IMG/VR virus record: IMGVR_UViG_3300021599_002733
Strand: one strand, 5' to 3'
Length of the DNA: 64,000 bases
DNA from: a virus
The translations under genes and the position numbers were made by a program. This document shows positions 17,674-26,542 of the stretch, one piece after another. The notes beneath the pieces are model-generated. The model was not told the DNA's origin, ran no database searches, and worked only from the letters and a program-made list of their open reading frames with translations. The stretch's first letter is position 1, and each line of letters opens with the position of its first letter.

Positions 17674-18381
17674 CTATAAAATATAATAGTACGTACAACG
17701 AAGTTTCATTGTGGATAAAGGTGCATCCATGAACGTAATTACGGAGCTAGATATATTGTAATCTCCACCGCTCTCTTGCAATACACCATTCAAATATATG
17801 TGCTCACTTTCCTCAACGGGTGTATGGTTTAATGTAAAGGTCATGTTATTCCCGTCAATACTTCCACTAGGTTGTTCTTTGTCTTTAAATACTTTTACAG
17901 GGGAAGAATCTTGGTAGTAGTATGTGCAACGAAGTTTCATTCCAGGCAATAGTGGATTCGAAAAGGTAATGAGAGAGCCAGATATGGAATAGTCGTTGTC
18001 TTTGTCCTCAATAAGAACGCCATTTAAATAAATATGATCGCTACCTAAAATAGGTTTATGTAAAAGTGTATATGTTGTGTTAATTCCATCAATATTTCCC
18101 GTAGGAATTTCTTTGTTTGAAAACAATTTGTTTGATCCGATTGAGCGAGCAGTTGTCTCTAAATTTCCAATTTGTATACTTTGTGAAACAAAAGAGCCAG
18201 ATATATCTTTGAGGGATTGGGATACAAATGTAAATGAGGAAGTAATTTGAGATATAACATTTGTAACATCTCCCATCATAGCCAAAACATCTCCCGAAAT
18301 ATCAATGGTGGTTGAAACCACATTTCTATTTTTAAATTGGTTTAGATATTTACGTGGTTGGTTTGTTGGAAAATCTGCCAT
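17674..18381 (-). CDS. Virion protein with two tandem small beta domains
   Basis: Two copies of KE.P.G.IDG.N.T(Y/F)TL.H.P...S.HIYLNGVL......DY.IS.S.ITF..P...MKLRCTYY. Confidence 0.75.
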   Translation of the reverse strand: MADFPTNQPRKYLNQFKNRNVVSTTIDISGDVLAMMGDVTNVISQITSSFTFVSQSLKDISGSFVSQSIQIGNLETTARSIGSNKLFSNKEIPTGNIDGINTTYTLLHKPILGSDHIYLNGVLIEDKDNDYSISGSLITFSNPLLPGMKLRCTYYYQDSSPVKVFKDKEQPSGSIDGNNMTFTLNHTPVEESEHIYLNGVLQESGGDYNISSSVITFMDAPLSTMKLRCTYYYIL

Positions 18382-18382
18382 A

Positions 18383-18904
18383 TTATAAACGTTCACGAGT
18401 TATTGCTACACGATCAGCAGGTACATAATGTGCTTGACATATTACAGAAATACTTGAGCCAAAGTTTTCCAATCCTGGGTTCAATGGGTTATTTCCATTG
18501 TCATCGTAGTTAGGGTATGCAGGGTTTTTACCTACAAAGTATTGGTTGGCATTTGTGTTATCTACTTCATAGTATCCTTCTTGGTACATGATGATATCTC
18601 CTACTTCAGGTACTAGATTTGCATCAACCAAATCATCCAAGAAGAATCTAAATTCAGTATTCCATGAGAAATCTACACCGAATTCATCTATTGGGTTGGT
18701 TTGGGCTTCTCTAGATATAAGTGCATTAAAGAGTACAGGTGCTTCATAGAATTTCTCACCTGCTGATTCACCATACATGTTTACTTTGGTTTGAGTTAAA
18801 TTCAATTTATAGTAAACACATTGTTGTGTGATAACATCCCATAGCAACTCGCGGTTGAGGTGTCTAAAAAGTGAAATATCTCTTGCAGATCCAAATAATG
18901 CCAT
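18383..18904 (-). CDS. Neck / head-closure protein (T4 gp14-like)
   Basis: NMYGES, PEVGDII, YYEV motifs; adjacent to the gp13-like gene. Confidence 0.7.
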   Translation of the reverse strand: MALFGSARDISLFRHLNRELLWDVITQQCVYYKLNLTQTKVNMYGESAGEKFYEAPVLFNALISREAQTNPIDEFGVDFSWNTEFRFFLDDLVDANLVPEVGDIIMYQEGYYEVDNTNANQYFVGKNPAYPNYDDNGNNPLNPGLENFGSSISVICQAHYVPADRVAITRERL

Positions 18905-18914
18905 GTTATCTTAT

Positions 18915-20069
18915 TTATCCAATGAATATAGGCCATGGAACATTGTTGAGTTCCTGTTTCAAAAATTCAGCTTCAGCTGCTTTTCTCTCCAATAGTTTTT
19001 GACGGGATGAATTATCAAAATAGTCTCGTAAACGCGTTATAAGCGCATCACGATCCGCTGTCGCCGAAGCAATCAAATCACTTTGGTTAAGCGTTACTTC
19101 CGCGTTTGGAATAGGTATAGATGAATATTTTCCCCTAACATACCCCAAAATTTCTTTAACTACAGCTAAAGCATACTCAAATATCCATTGTCTACCAATT
19201 GAGTTAATTTGAGAATATGTTGGATTAGAATATGGTACTTGTGAAATATTTGTAATTGAACCTCCATTAGCTGCATTATTTACATATGGATTGTTTCTAT
19301 CTGATTTTTTAATATATTGTACCCATAGTTTGGTTTGGAAGTTTCCTGGTATAGGGAATATTTTCAAATGGTTGTTTACTAGTTCAAAAGAATATTGTGA
19401 CTTTCTAATTTGATCGTTAAATTCAATAGCTTGTAGTTTCTGCAAGTCATAGTTCATTGGCATCATCAAAAAGTTGATGGCAGGTGAATATCCACCGAAT
19501 CCAAAACTATCCAATAATTGCATCATCCCTGTACCTGTACCAGCGTATGGATCAAAGTATCGTACGATTGCAGGTGGTGCTTCGTAGTATACACGTTTAA
19601 TTTCAAGATCACCTTCAGCTATACCCAATTCCAGTGCCCATTCAGTCAAATTATAGTTTTGTTGTCCTGGTGTTAATTGAATTGATCCTGAATAGTAGGA
19701 AACTGTTCCACCAACACCAGCTTCAACTCCATATTGATCAGCTAAACGAACTATAGTTGCTAGGTTTGGTTGTGGTAAACTGTTGTTTGCGGATTCTATT
19801 GTTAAAGGAGCACCTTGAAAAGACAAGAAATTCTCTTGTGCTTGGTATGCATATAATTCGTTTCCGTAAGTGGTAATTGCTTCCTCAAACGCTGCATAAA
19901 AATTGATATCCTGTAGTTCTATTTCAACTATTGGATATCCCAATCTACGTGAGGCAAATACAGCAAATTTATCTGCGTCTGCTTGAAATTGAGGATCATT
20001 ATCGTAGAACCCAAACGGAGTTTCTCCGGGTTGAAATGAGCTCGAGCCTGGCCAAATTGGAATATTCAT
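18915..20069 (-). CDS. Neck / head-tail adaptor (T4 gp13-like)
   Basis: RRLGYPIVEIEL, WIFEYALAVVKEILGYVRGKY, VTLN, P.PIFIG. Confidence 0.85.
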   Translation of the reverse strand: MNIPIWPGSSSFQPGETPFGFYDNDPQFQADADKFAVFASRRLGYPIVEIELQDINFYAAFEEAITTYGNELYAYQAQENFLSFQGAPLTIESANNSLPQPNLATIVRLADQYGVEAGVGGTVSYYSGSIQLTPGQQNYNLTEWALELGIAEGDLEIKRVYYEAPPAIVRYFDPYAGTGTGMMQLLDSFGFGGYSPAINFLMMPMNYDLQKLQAIEFNDQIRKSQYSFELVNNHLKIFPIPGNFQTKLWVQYIKKSDRNNPYVNNAANGGSITNISQVPYSNPTYSQINSIGRQWIFEYALAVVKEILGYVRGKYSSIPIPNAEVTLNQSDLIASATADRDALITRLRDYFDNSSRQKLLERKAAEAEFLKQELNNVPWPIFIG

Positions 20070-20073
20070 ATGT

Positions 20074-20520
20074 TTAAGCGTTTATTAGTACATACTCAAC
20101 ATCTACACTACCACTAAGTGCATACGCTGTAACAAATTCTATATTGTCTCCAAAAGTACCATTAAAGTTACTTGAGGTAATTTGAGAACCGGCTAGAAAT
20201 AAAGTGTTGCTTGGTGTCAATTCTTGTGTAAATTGTCCTTGAGATCCACTTAATGTAATTGCAATACTGTTTGTATCATCCAAATTGGTAATTCGAACAT
20301 ATTGTAAACTACTTGAAGGGAATGTACCTGCTCCTGGGTTTACTCCATTTATATTAAATATATTAATTGAGGAAGAGTTAGGGCATGTTACTATTCTATG
20401 GTCAACGTTGGTAACGTTTTGGATAGAATGAACTACTTCGTTTTTAATTACATTATTGCGAACAACTTGCTCTTCTGTAATTTTAATTTTAAATGTTGAT
20501 GGAGTTAAGGTAGAAGCCAT
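20074..20520 (-). CDS. Hypothetical virion protein
   Basis: 148 aa, beta-rich, YVRITNLDDTN, preceded by the late-type motif. Confidence 0.6.
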   Translation of the reverse strand: MASTLTPSTFKIKITEEQVVRNNVIKNEVVHSIQNVTNVDHRIVTCPNSSSINIFNINGVNPGAGTFPSSSLQYVRITNLDDTNSIAITLSGSQGQFTQELTPSNTLFLAGSQITSSNFNGTFGDNIEFVTAYALSGSVDVEYVLINA

Positions 20521-20566
20521 TTCTATTTTTTGTTATAAATATCTAAAAATACCTCCTAGTCAATAT

Positions 20567-21265
20567 TTATCCTCTAATATCTCTATACACCTCCAAAATA
20601 TGATCTACTATCTCGTGTCTATGATTTGTTTGCAATGTTACAACACCAAACCCAGGTACATCTTTCATATGTTTACATACAATGTCAAATCCAGAAGTTT
20701 TTCTGTCTTTCAAGTCAACTTGAGCTCCATCTCCACAAAATACCATTTTGGAACCATAGCATATACGTGTTAAAAGTAGTTCAGTTTGGTTGTCTGTTAA
20801 GTTTTGTGCTTCATCCACCACTACTAAACAGTTTGTAAAGTTTCTACCTCGCATAAAAGATACAGGTACAATTTCGATCTCGCCTTCCGCTATACATTTT
20901 TCAATTTTCTCTTTGTTGTATAAACGGTGCATATTCTCGTACACTGGGGCAGTAAATGGGGCTAGTTTCTCGTTTACATCACCGGGTAAAAAGCCGATGT
21001 CTTGTCCTGCTACTACTGTGGGGCGTGTGATGATTATTTTCTCTATTTCTCTACTAAAGAGCATATCAAGTGCAACATTAGCTGCTAGTAAAGATTTACC
21101 CGAACCTGCTTTACCTTTTAGTACTGTAACAGTATTGTTTAGGATTTGCTCTTTAGCTCGCTTTTGCTCTTCGTTTAACGAAATTTCAAATTTGATTGGA
21201 CCTTTGGGTTTTCTTTTTGCTTTAAAAACCTCTTGCGCCTGTGGCGTTCTATTAAAATCGGACAT
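20567..21265 (-). CDS. phoH: PhoH family ATPase
   Basis: GKAGSGKS, ITRP, GFLPG, FMRGRNF, DEAQN, LTRI, GDGAQVD, HRH. Confidence 0.96.
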   Translation of the reverse strand: MSDFNRTPQAQEVFKAKRKPKGPIKFEISLNEEQKRAKEQILNNTVTVLKGKAGSGKSLLAANVALDMLFSREIEKIIITRPTVVAGQDIGFLPGDVNEKLAPFTAPVYENMHRLYNKEKIEKCIAEGEIEIVPVSFMRGRNFTNCLVVVDEAQNLTDNQTELLLTRICYGSKMVFCGDGAQVDLKDRKTSGFDIVCKHMKDVPGFGVVTLQTNHRHEIVDHILEVYRDIRG

Positions 21266-21300
21266 ATAACGTTATTTGTGTATAAATATATAGTATAGTA

Positions 21301-22809
21301 TCATAGATACAAAACATATTTGGTAGAACCACAGTCCCATACTCTAGTATATCCCATTTCTTCCATAATTTGGCGTTCTGTTTTATTTTCTGTATCTGCT
21401 CCTAGTTTCTTCAGATGGTATTTTGTGAAATTATACCTATGGATTCGTGTTAAGTAATTTTTTGTGTAAAAATATCCGGGAGACGAGGTTCCTGTTTTAG
21501 AAAAACCTATAACCAAATACATATTTTTGTTTGGGTTTGTCCATCTGTTATCAGAATACGAGTATATTTGTGTTGGGTTGTATGTATTTTGAAAGAATTT
21601 AATGAGTTTGGATGCACCTCCAACAACGTTAAATGAAGAGGCATATCTTGACAATTCATATACATCAGGGGTTGGAGTTGCTCCTAGAGATACACGTGGG
21701 TGTGAAAATGTCATAACTGCTACTAGTTCACCTCTATTAAATAGACCCAATTTGATAGAACTTCTATCTTCTCCTTGTATGTGATGGTTGTTGAGAAATT
21801 CATTTTTTTGTTTGGATGATATTTCTTCTATATGACATTTACGGGCGTATATTGTATGGGATTTTGGCGATTGTTTCAATATGGATTGCAGTTTGGCTTT
21901 TACAATGTCTTTTTTGTTTAGCCATTCATCTGAGAATATTTGGATAAGGTGGATGTTTTGAGCGAGACAATGATTTGTTTTGTTAATGTGATAGTCTTTC
22001 ATGCGCCCCCCTTTTTCAGAATGCCAGTAAAGACCATTGTATTCTATACCTATAGACAATTCAGGGAAAAATATGTCTATTTCATTACGAGGTACTATAC
22101 CCTTGAGGTTGGTTTGTATTTCCCCATCATATATAGATTGCACATATTCAAGAAGCTCTATTTCTTCTTTGGATTGTTTACCAACACTAGAAAACACATC
22201 CCAATCGACATGTCCTTTTATATAATCTCTATGGTATATATCTTTACCAAGGTCACAATTTCTTCCATTTATCAATATGTTTACTTTCTCACCACACCCA
22301 CATTTACATAAAGGATCATTTCCATCTAACATATGTTTTATGATATATTCACTTTTGGTGGTTTCTGGGTGTTTTTTGTTAATATGGAACATTAGGTGTC
22401 TATTGCTAGATAGGATTTCTCCACATTCTTGGCAGGTGAATTTAGGGTTTTGTGAGGTTTTTGCTTTGAGTTGTTTGGGGCGAAATTCCCCGTGTTGGGT
22501 TACATATTCTTCTGTTGATATATTATGGACCCACTTTAAGTGCATACTCATGGAGCGTATAGTTTCGGAAGAACCACAGATATTACATATATGGTTGGGT
22601 CCATCTATTTGTTTTGAATATGAAATATTGAATGAATCTCCTTCAAACCGCCATATATATCCTCCTGCTGTTTTGTATTTTCCTTTACAACAGTTTATAA
22701 TAGAATCATAGTTTACTATATGGGTGGCTAATTGAGGTGTTGGGAAAATGTCAATAACTGTCCCATCTAACGAATATTGTATAACTTTTTTATTGTATAT
22801 TTTTTTCAT
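21301..22809 (-). CDS. Hef-like putative homing endonuclease (NUMOD1 + C2H2 zinc fingers + PD-(D/E)xK nuclease + GNAT-like domain)
   Basis: QYSLDG..CCKGKYKTAGGYIW; CxxC..HxxxxH twice; CKCGCG; EIDIFFPELSIGIEYNGLYWH; IYARKC..ELSRYAS..VGGASKL..SYSD..RVWDCG. Confidence 0.75.
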   Translation of the reverse strand: MKKIYNKKVIQYSLDGTVIDIFPTPQLATHIVNYDSIINCCKGKYKTAGGYIWRFEGDSFNISYSKQIDGPNHICNICGSSETIRSMSMHLKWVHNISTEEYVTQHGEFRPKQLKAKTSQNPKFTCQECGEILSSNRHLMFHINKKHPETTKSEYIIKHMLDGNDPLCKCGCGEKVNILINGRNCDLGKDIYHRDYIKGHVDWDVFSSVGKQSKEEIELLEYVQSIYDGEIQTNLKGIVPRNEIDIFFPELSIGIEYNGLYWHSEKGGRMKDYHINKTNHCLAQNIHLIQIFSDEWLNKKDIVKAKLQSILKQSPKSHTIYARKCHIEEISSKQKNEFLNNHHIQGEDRSSIKLGLFNRGELVAVMTFSHPRVSLGATPTPDVYELSRYASSFNVVGGASKLIKFFQNTYNPTQIYSYSDNRWTNPNKNMYLVIGFSKTGTSSPGYFYTKNYLTRIHRYNFTKYHLKKLGADTENKTERQIMEEMGYTRVWDCGSTKYVLYL

Positions 22810-22854
22810 CCTACTGTTTGTCTAGCATATCGTGTATACATATTAGTAAGATAC

Positions 22855-22883
22855 AAAAAAAGCCTGGCTTTCACCAGGCTCTT
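22855..22883 (-). terminator. Intrinsic terminator after the major capsid gene
   Basis: Minus strand AGCCTGG-TGAAAG-CCAGGCT-TTTTTT. Confidence 0.88.
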
Positions 22884-22904
22884 TAGAAAATGTTTGTATT
22901 ATGA

Positions 22905-24578
22905 TTAGATAGATGCTAGATCATTTACAAATACACGTCCATAAAACTCAGGTCTTATCATTTTCTTAGCGTAACGAGTTAAGAGACCTTTACGTGGAGT
23001 AAATGTGTCTGGATCGTACACAAGTGGAGTCATGATTAACGGAATGTATGGAGCAAATACAGCACCTGTTTCAAGGAACTGAGATCCTCTATAACCCATC
23101 AAGATAACGTTCTCAGTCATATAAGGATTCTTATAAACTGTGAAACGGTTATTCAATTGACCTGATTTTTGGATACCGAATGCGTAAGACATTTTAGTAG
23201 CTTCACCATCTGAAGTTGAAGCGAATCCTGGGATTGACTCAAGAACAGTAGCAACTGTAGGAGAAACAACCATGAAGTTAGCACCTCCACGTAGAGTTTT
23301 CTGGTGGATTTTGTTGCTTACTTTTTGGAATTTCGTACCCAAAGTTTGGAACCACTGACCTTGTGTATTGTAGAATCCAAGGTTATCATATCCTGTGTTA
23401 GCAGAATTCAATGAACGGTTATTTACAGCTGACCACCACTCATCTGCAGCAGAAGCGTCTTGGATCAACATATCAAGTACTTCAAGGTCAATTTCCAATG
23501 AAATGTACTCAGACATGATAGATGTCAATTCAGCTTCAGCATCAAGTGCTTGGTAAGCGTTCAAATCTTGTGCGAATTCAGGTGTCCATTGTGCTTTCAA
23601 CTTACGAGTTTTAGCAACGATAGCTTCTGATTTCAATTTAACGTCAATTTGTGGGATAGCTAAAGCATCAGCAGATGTAGATTGTGCGTTTGGATAACCA
23701 CCAGCATTTCCTGATTGGTCTTCGAAATCACCTCTGTAGTTATCTTTTGGTTGTACGTTGTAGTAAACAACAAGTTTTCCTGTGATAGGTCCAACAGATG
23801 GAGTGTTGTATACAAAACGAATAGCACCACCAACAACTTTAGTGTATTGTGGAAGTAATGTATTTGCAGAGTATGAACCTGAAAGAGCAGCAAATGCACG
23901 AACACCTTCAAGATCTGGGCTGTTCAATGAACCTGTTGGTACATCGATGTATGAAATAAGACTACCAGCAGCAACTGAAGCAGATAATTCAGCATCGTAG
24001 TTAACCATAGCCCAAGTTGCATCACCTCTTTGGATTGACCATTCAGATCCAGTAACTGAAGCTGAGAATTGGTTGATTGAGTATCCGAAACGACCTGCTC
24101 CGTAAAGACCACCTTCAGGGTCAACACCAGCACCAGGGTTAGTGTTACCGTACATTGAAGAAGGAGATGTAAATACTTCACCTACTCCACCAAACTTCAA
24201 TTGTTTTGCTTGGTCATATTGGAAATCTAGGAAGAATACAAGTCCAGAAGGCAAGTTCATAGGTTGTACAGAAACGAATTCTTTTGAAGAAATCGCACCG
24301 AATACCTTACGTACCAATGGAAGAGCAACTCCAGCCCACTGTGCACCTGCACCAACTGTAAATGTACCACCTACTCCAGCAGTGTTAGTTGAAGTTTCAA
24401 CAACAAGTTGTTTTGCTTGGTTTTCAAGGATCATAGCCATGTTGTTTTTCTCAACCTCGTTTCCAAGGCCTTCCAACAAACCTGTCTTACCCCATTTTGC
24501 AGCCATTCTTGCTGCATCACTCTGCATGTTTTTCCAACCGCTTGCAGAGCTTTCTAGTAATGAATTAATGTTTGACAT
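22905..24578 (-). CDS. Major capsid protein (T4 gp23-like)
   Basis: ILENQ, VSVQPMNLPSGLVF, AKTRKLKAQWTPEFAQDL, AELTSIMSEYISLEID, FAPYIPL, FTPRKGLLTRY. Confidence 0.98.
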   Translation of the reverse strand: MSNINSLLESSASGWKNMQSDAARMAAKWGKTGLLEGLGNEVEKNNMAMILENQAKQLVVETSTNTAGVGGTFTVGAGAQWAGVALPLVRKVFGAISSKEFVSVQPMNLPSGLVFFLDFQYDQAKQLKFGGVGEVFTSPSSMYGNTNPGAGVDPEGGLYGAGRFGYSINQFSASVTGSEWSIQRGDATWAMVNYDAELSASVAAGSLISYIDVPTGSLNSPDLEGVRAFAALSGSYSANTLLPQYTKVVGGAIRFVYNTPSVGPITGKLVVYYNVQPKDNYRGDFEDQSGNAGGYPNAQSTSADALAIPQIDVKLKSEAIVAKTRKLKAQWTPEFAQDLNAYQALDAEAELTSIMSEYISLEIDLEVLDMLIQDASAADEWWSAVNNRSLNSANTGYDNLGFYNTQGQWFQTLGTKFQKVSNKIHQKTLRGGANFMVVSPTVATVLESIPGFASTSDGEATKMSYAFGIQKSGQLNNRFTVYKNPYMTENVILMGYRGSQFLETGAVFAPYIPLIMTPLVYDPDTFTPRKGLLTRYAKKMIRPEFYGRVFVNDLASI

Positions 24579-24604
24579 TGTTTTTGTTTTTTAAAATGAA
24601 AAAA

Positions 24605-25747
24605 TTATTTAATACCTGCCAATTTTTGGAATCGAGCCACCATTGGATCAGATTCAACAATTGGTTGTTTTGTGTTTGTAGTACCTAATGTTTTAGAAGC
24701 GCTACCTAAGTTTTCTTTAAGTGATGTTGGTTTTGTTTTAAGACCTTCGCTTAAAGTTTCAAACACCAATTTAGTTTCTTTTACAGTAGTTGCTTTATCA
24801 AACATACCAAGTACGTTTATTTTTTGACTTTCAGTCAAGTTTTTCGCTTTGAAGATTTTATTTGTGTAAAGCAATTTAGCATTTAACAAATTAACTTCAT
24901 TTAAATCTTTACGAAGAGATTCGATTGTAGAATAAGCTTCAGATAATTCTTCAGAAACTTCTGGTTTAGCTTCAGATTTTACTTTATCGATGATGTTTTT
25001 AACTTCTCCTTTATTTTTTGCTTTCTTAATTTGAGCAATTGTAGAAGTAGCTGCTGCTCCAACTACACCAAATGCAGCAAGGATAGCAGGTAAGAATTCA
25101 GACATAGATACAGCAATATTTCCATAATCTTCTTCTAATTCTTCCTCATACATCATACCTTCGTCTTTCATTTCATCTTCTTCAAGAGAAGCGATTTCAG
25201 CAAGTAGTTCATCAAGGTTGATTTCCTCTTCTTCTTCACCCATTTCCATTTCAGGTTCCATTTCTTCAGACTCTTCAGCTTCACCAGCTTCAAGATCTAG
25301 TTCACCAGAACTCATCATATCAGCGATAACATCTTCGATCATTTTTTTAAGATCTTCATCTGTCATGTCTTCAAGATCAAGTGGTTCACCTTCTTTTTCT
25401 TCAGATTCTTCAGATTCTTCAGACTCCATGTCTTCTTCCTCTTCTTCTTCGTTTAGCTCGTTAAGTAATTCATCTAAATTCAATTCTTCTTCTAACTCAC
25501 CTTCTTCGTCAAGTGCTTTTTTAAACATTGATGAGTCTGGGTTTTCTCCGTCGTCTGAGAATTTTCCAAAATCTTCTTCTAATTCATCCTCTTCTAATTC
25601 CATTTCTTGGAGTTTAGCAGAGAGCATAGATTTCAATTGTGGAGTGAATGATTCCTCTAGAGCTGCTTTTGCGTTTGCTATAGCCATGTCTTTAACAGCT
25701 TTAGCGTCTGCGATTGCTTCTTTAAGCAAATCTCTGTTTGTTGCCAT
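24605..25747 (-). CDS. Prohead core/scaffolding protein
   Basis: Highly acidic coiled coil with many L-x-E sites, between protease and capsid genes; ends ARFQKLAGIK. Confidence 0.85.
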   Translation of the reverse strand: MATNRDLLKEAIADAKAVKDMAIANAKAALEESFTPQLKSMLSAKLQEMELEEDELEEDFGKFSDDGENPDSSMFKKALDEEGELEEELNLDELLNELNEEEEEEDMESEESEESEEKEGEPLDLEDMTDEDLKKMIEDVIADMMSSGELDLEAGEAEESEEMEPEMEMGEEEEEINLDELLAEIASLEEDEMKDEGMMYEEELEEDYGNIAVSMSEFLPAILAAFGVVGAAATSTIAQIKKAKNKGEVKNIIDKVKSEAKPEVSEELSEAYSTIESLRKDLNEVNLLNAKLLYTNKIFKAKNLTESQKINVLGMFDKATTVKETKLVFETLSEGLKTKPTSLKENLGSASKTLGTTNTKQPIVESDPMVARFQKLAGIK

Positions 25748-25883
25748 TTTTCCTAAATTTATTTTTTTGTTGGGAAAGTACGTTTATTAAGAAACGTAAT
25801 AGAAATTATTTAATTGATACTGTATAAGAGACAGCATATTCATATTATATGTATGTATATAGAATGTCAAAATCGCAAGAGAC

Positions 25884-25906
25884 AAAAAAAGCTCCCCGAA
25901 GGAAGC
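25884..25906 (-). terminator. Intrinsic terminator with cUUCGg loop after the protease gene
   Basis: Minus strand GCTTCC-TTCG-GGGAGC-TTTTTTT. Confidence 0.8.
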
Positions 25907-25931
25907 AATTTCTGTACCGGTTTGCATATTT

Positions 25932-26540
25932 TTACCAAATAGGACACACTCCTTGCGAGCAAAGAATTTCAGTCACTATTGAATTTACTTTAGAATATTG
26001 ATTTGTTGTTGGTTGTTCTAAACCTTCTCTAAGTGGAGACATATATGATCCTGGGTTTGAAGGTGTAGAGACAAAATCCCAACATAATAGATCAAAATCG
26101 TTTTGTACCACTAATAGGCCTTTTTCCTCTTGTAATGATCCCATACCACGAGAAGATACTCCAACATTAATACCACTATCAATAAGTGCTTTTAAAATGT
26201 TTCCTGATGGGGTAGGTAATATTTCAATTTTACCCATTACGTTATCTCCATCCCACCAAATTTCTGAGATATTATGGGAAACATTTTTTAGGTTGATGAT
26301 AGAGGATTCAGGGTGATCTAGTTCACCTAGAGCACGTTTTTCTTTAACGCTAGACATATATTTGTCTATTTCGCGTTCCCATAAATCTTTAGAGTAGTAT
26401 CTACCGTTTCCGTTTTTTACTTCAGCAGTAGCTAAAATACCCTCTACTAGCGGATTACCACGATCAGATATTTTACCTTCTGTTAGGGAAACAGGGGATG
26501 TTTTGAAGATTTGGGTTTCTATTAATACTTGTTTGCTCAT
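25932..26540 (-). CDS. Prohead protease (T4 gp21-like)
   Basis: NGNGRYY, ALGELDHP, VSH, TPSGNI, GVSSRGMGS, DFVSTPS. Confidence 0.97.
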   Translation of the reverse strand: MSKQVLIETQIFKTSPVSLTEGKISDRGNPLVEGILATAEVKNGNGRYYSKDLWEREIDKYMSSVKEKRALGELDHPESSIINLKNVSHNISEIWWDGDNVMGKIEILPTPSGNILKALIDSGINVGVSSRGMGSLQEEKGLLVVQNDFDLLCWDFVSTPSNPGSYMSPLREGLEQPTTNQYSKVNSIVTEILCSQGVCPIW

Positions 26541-26542
26541 GT

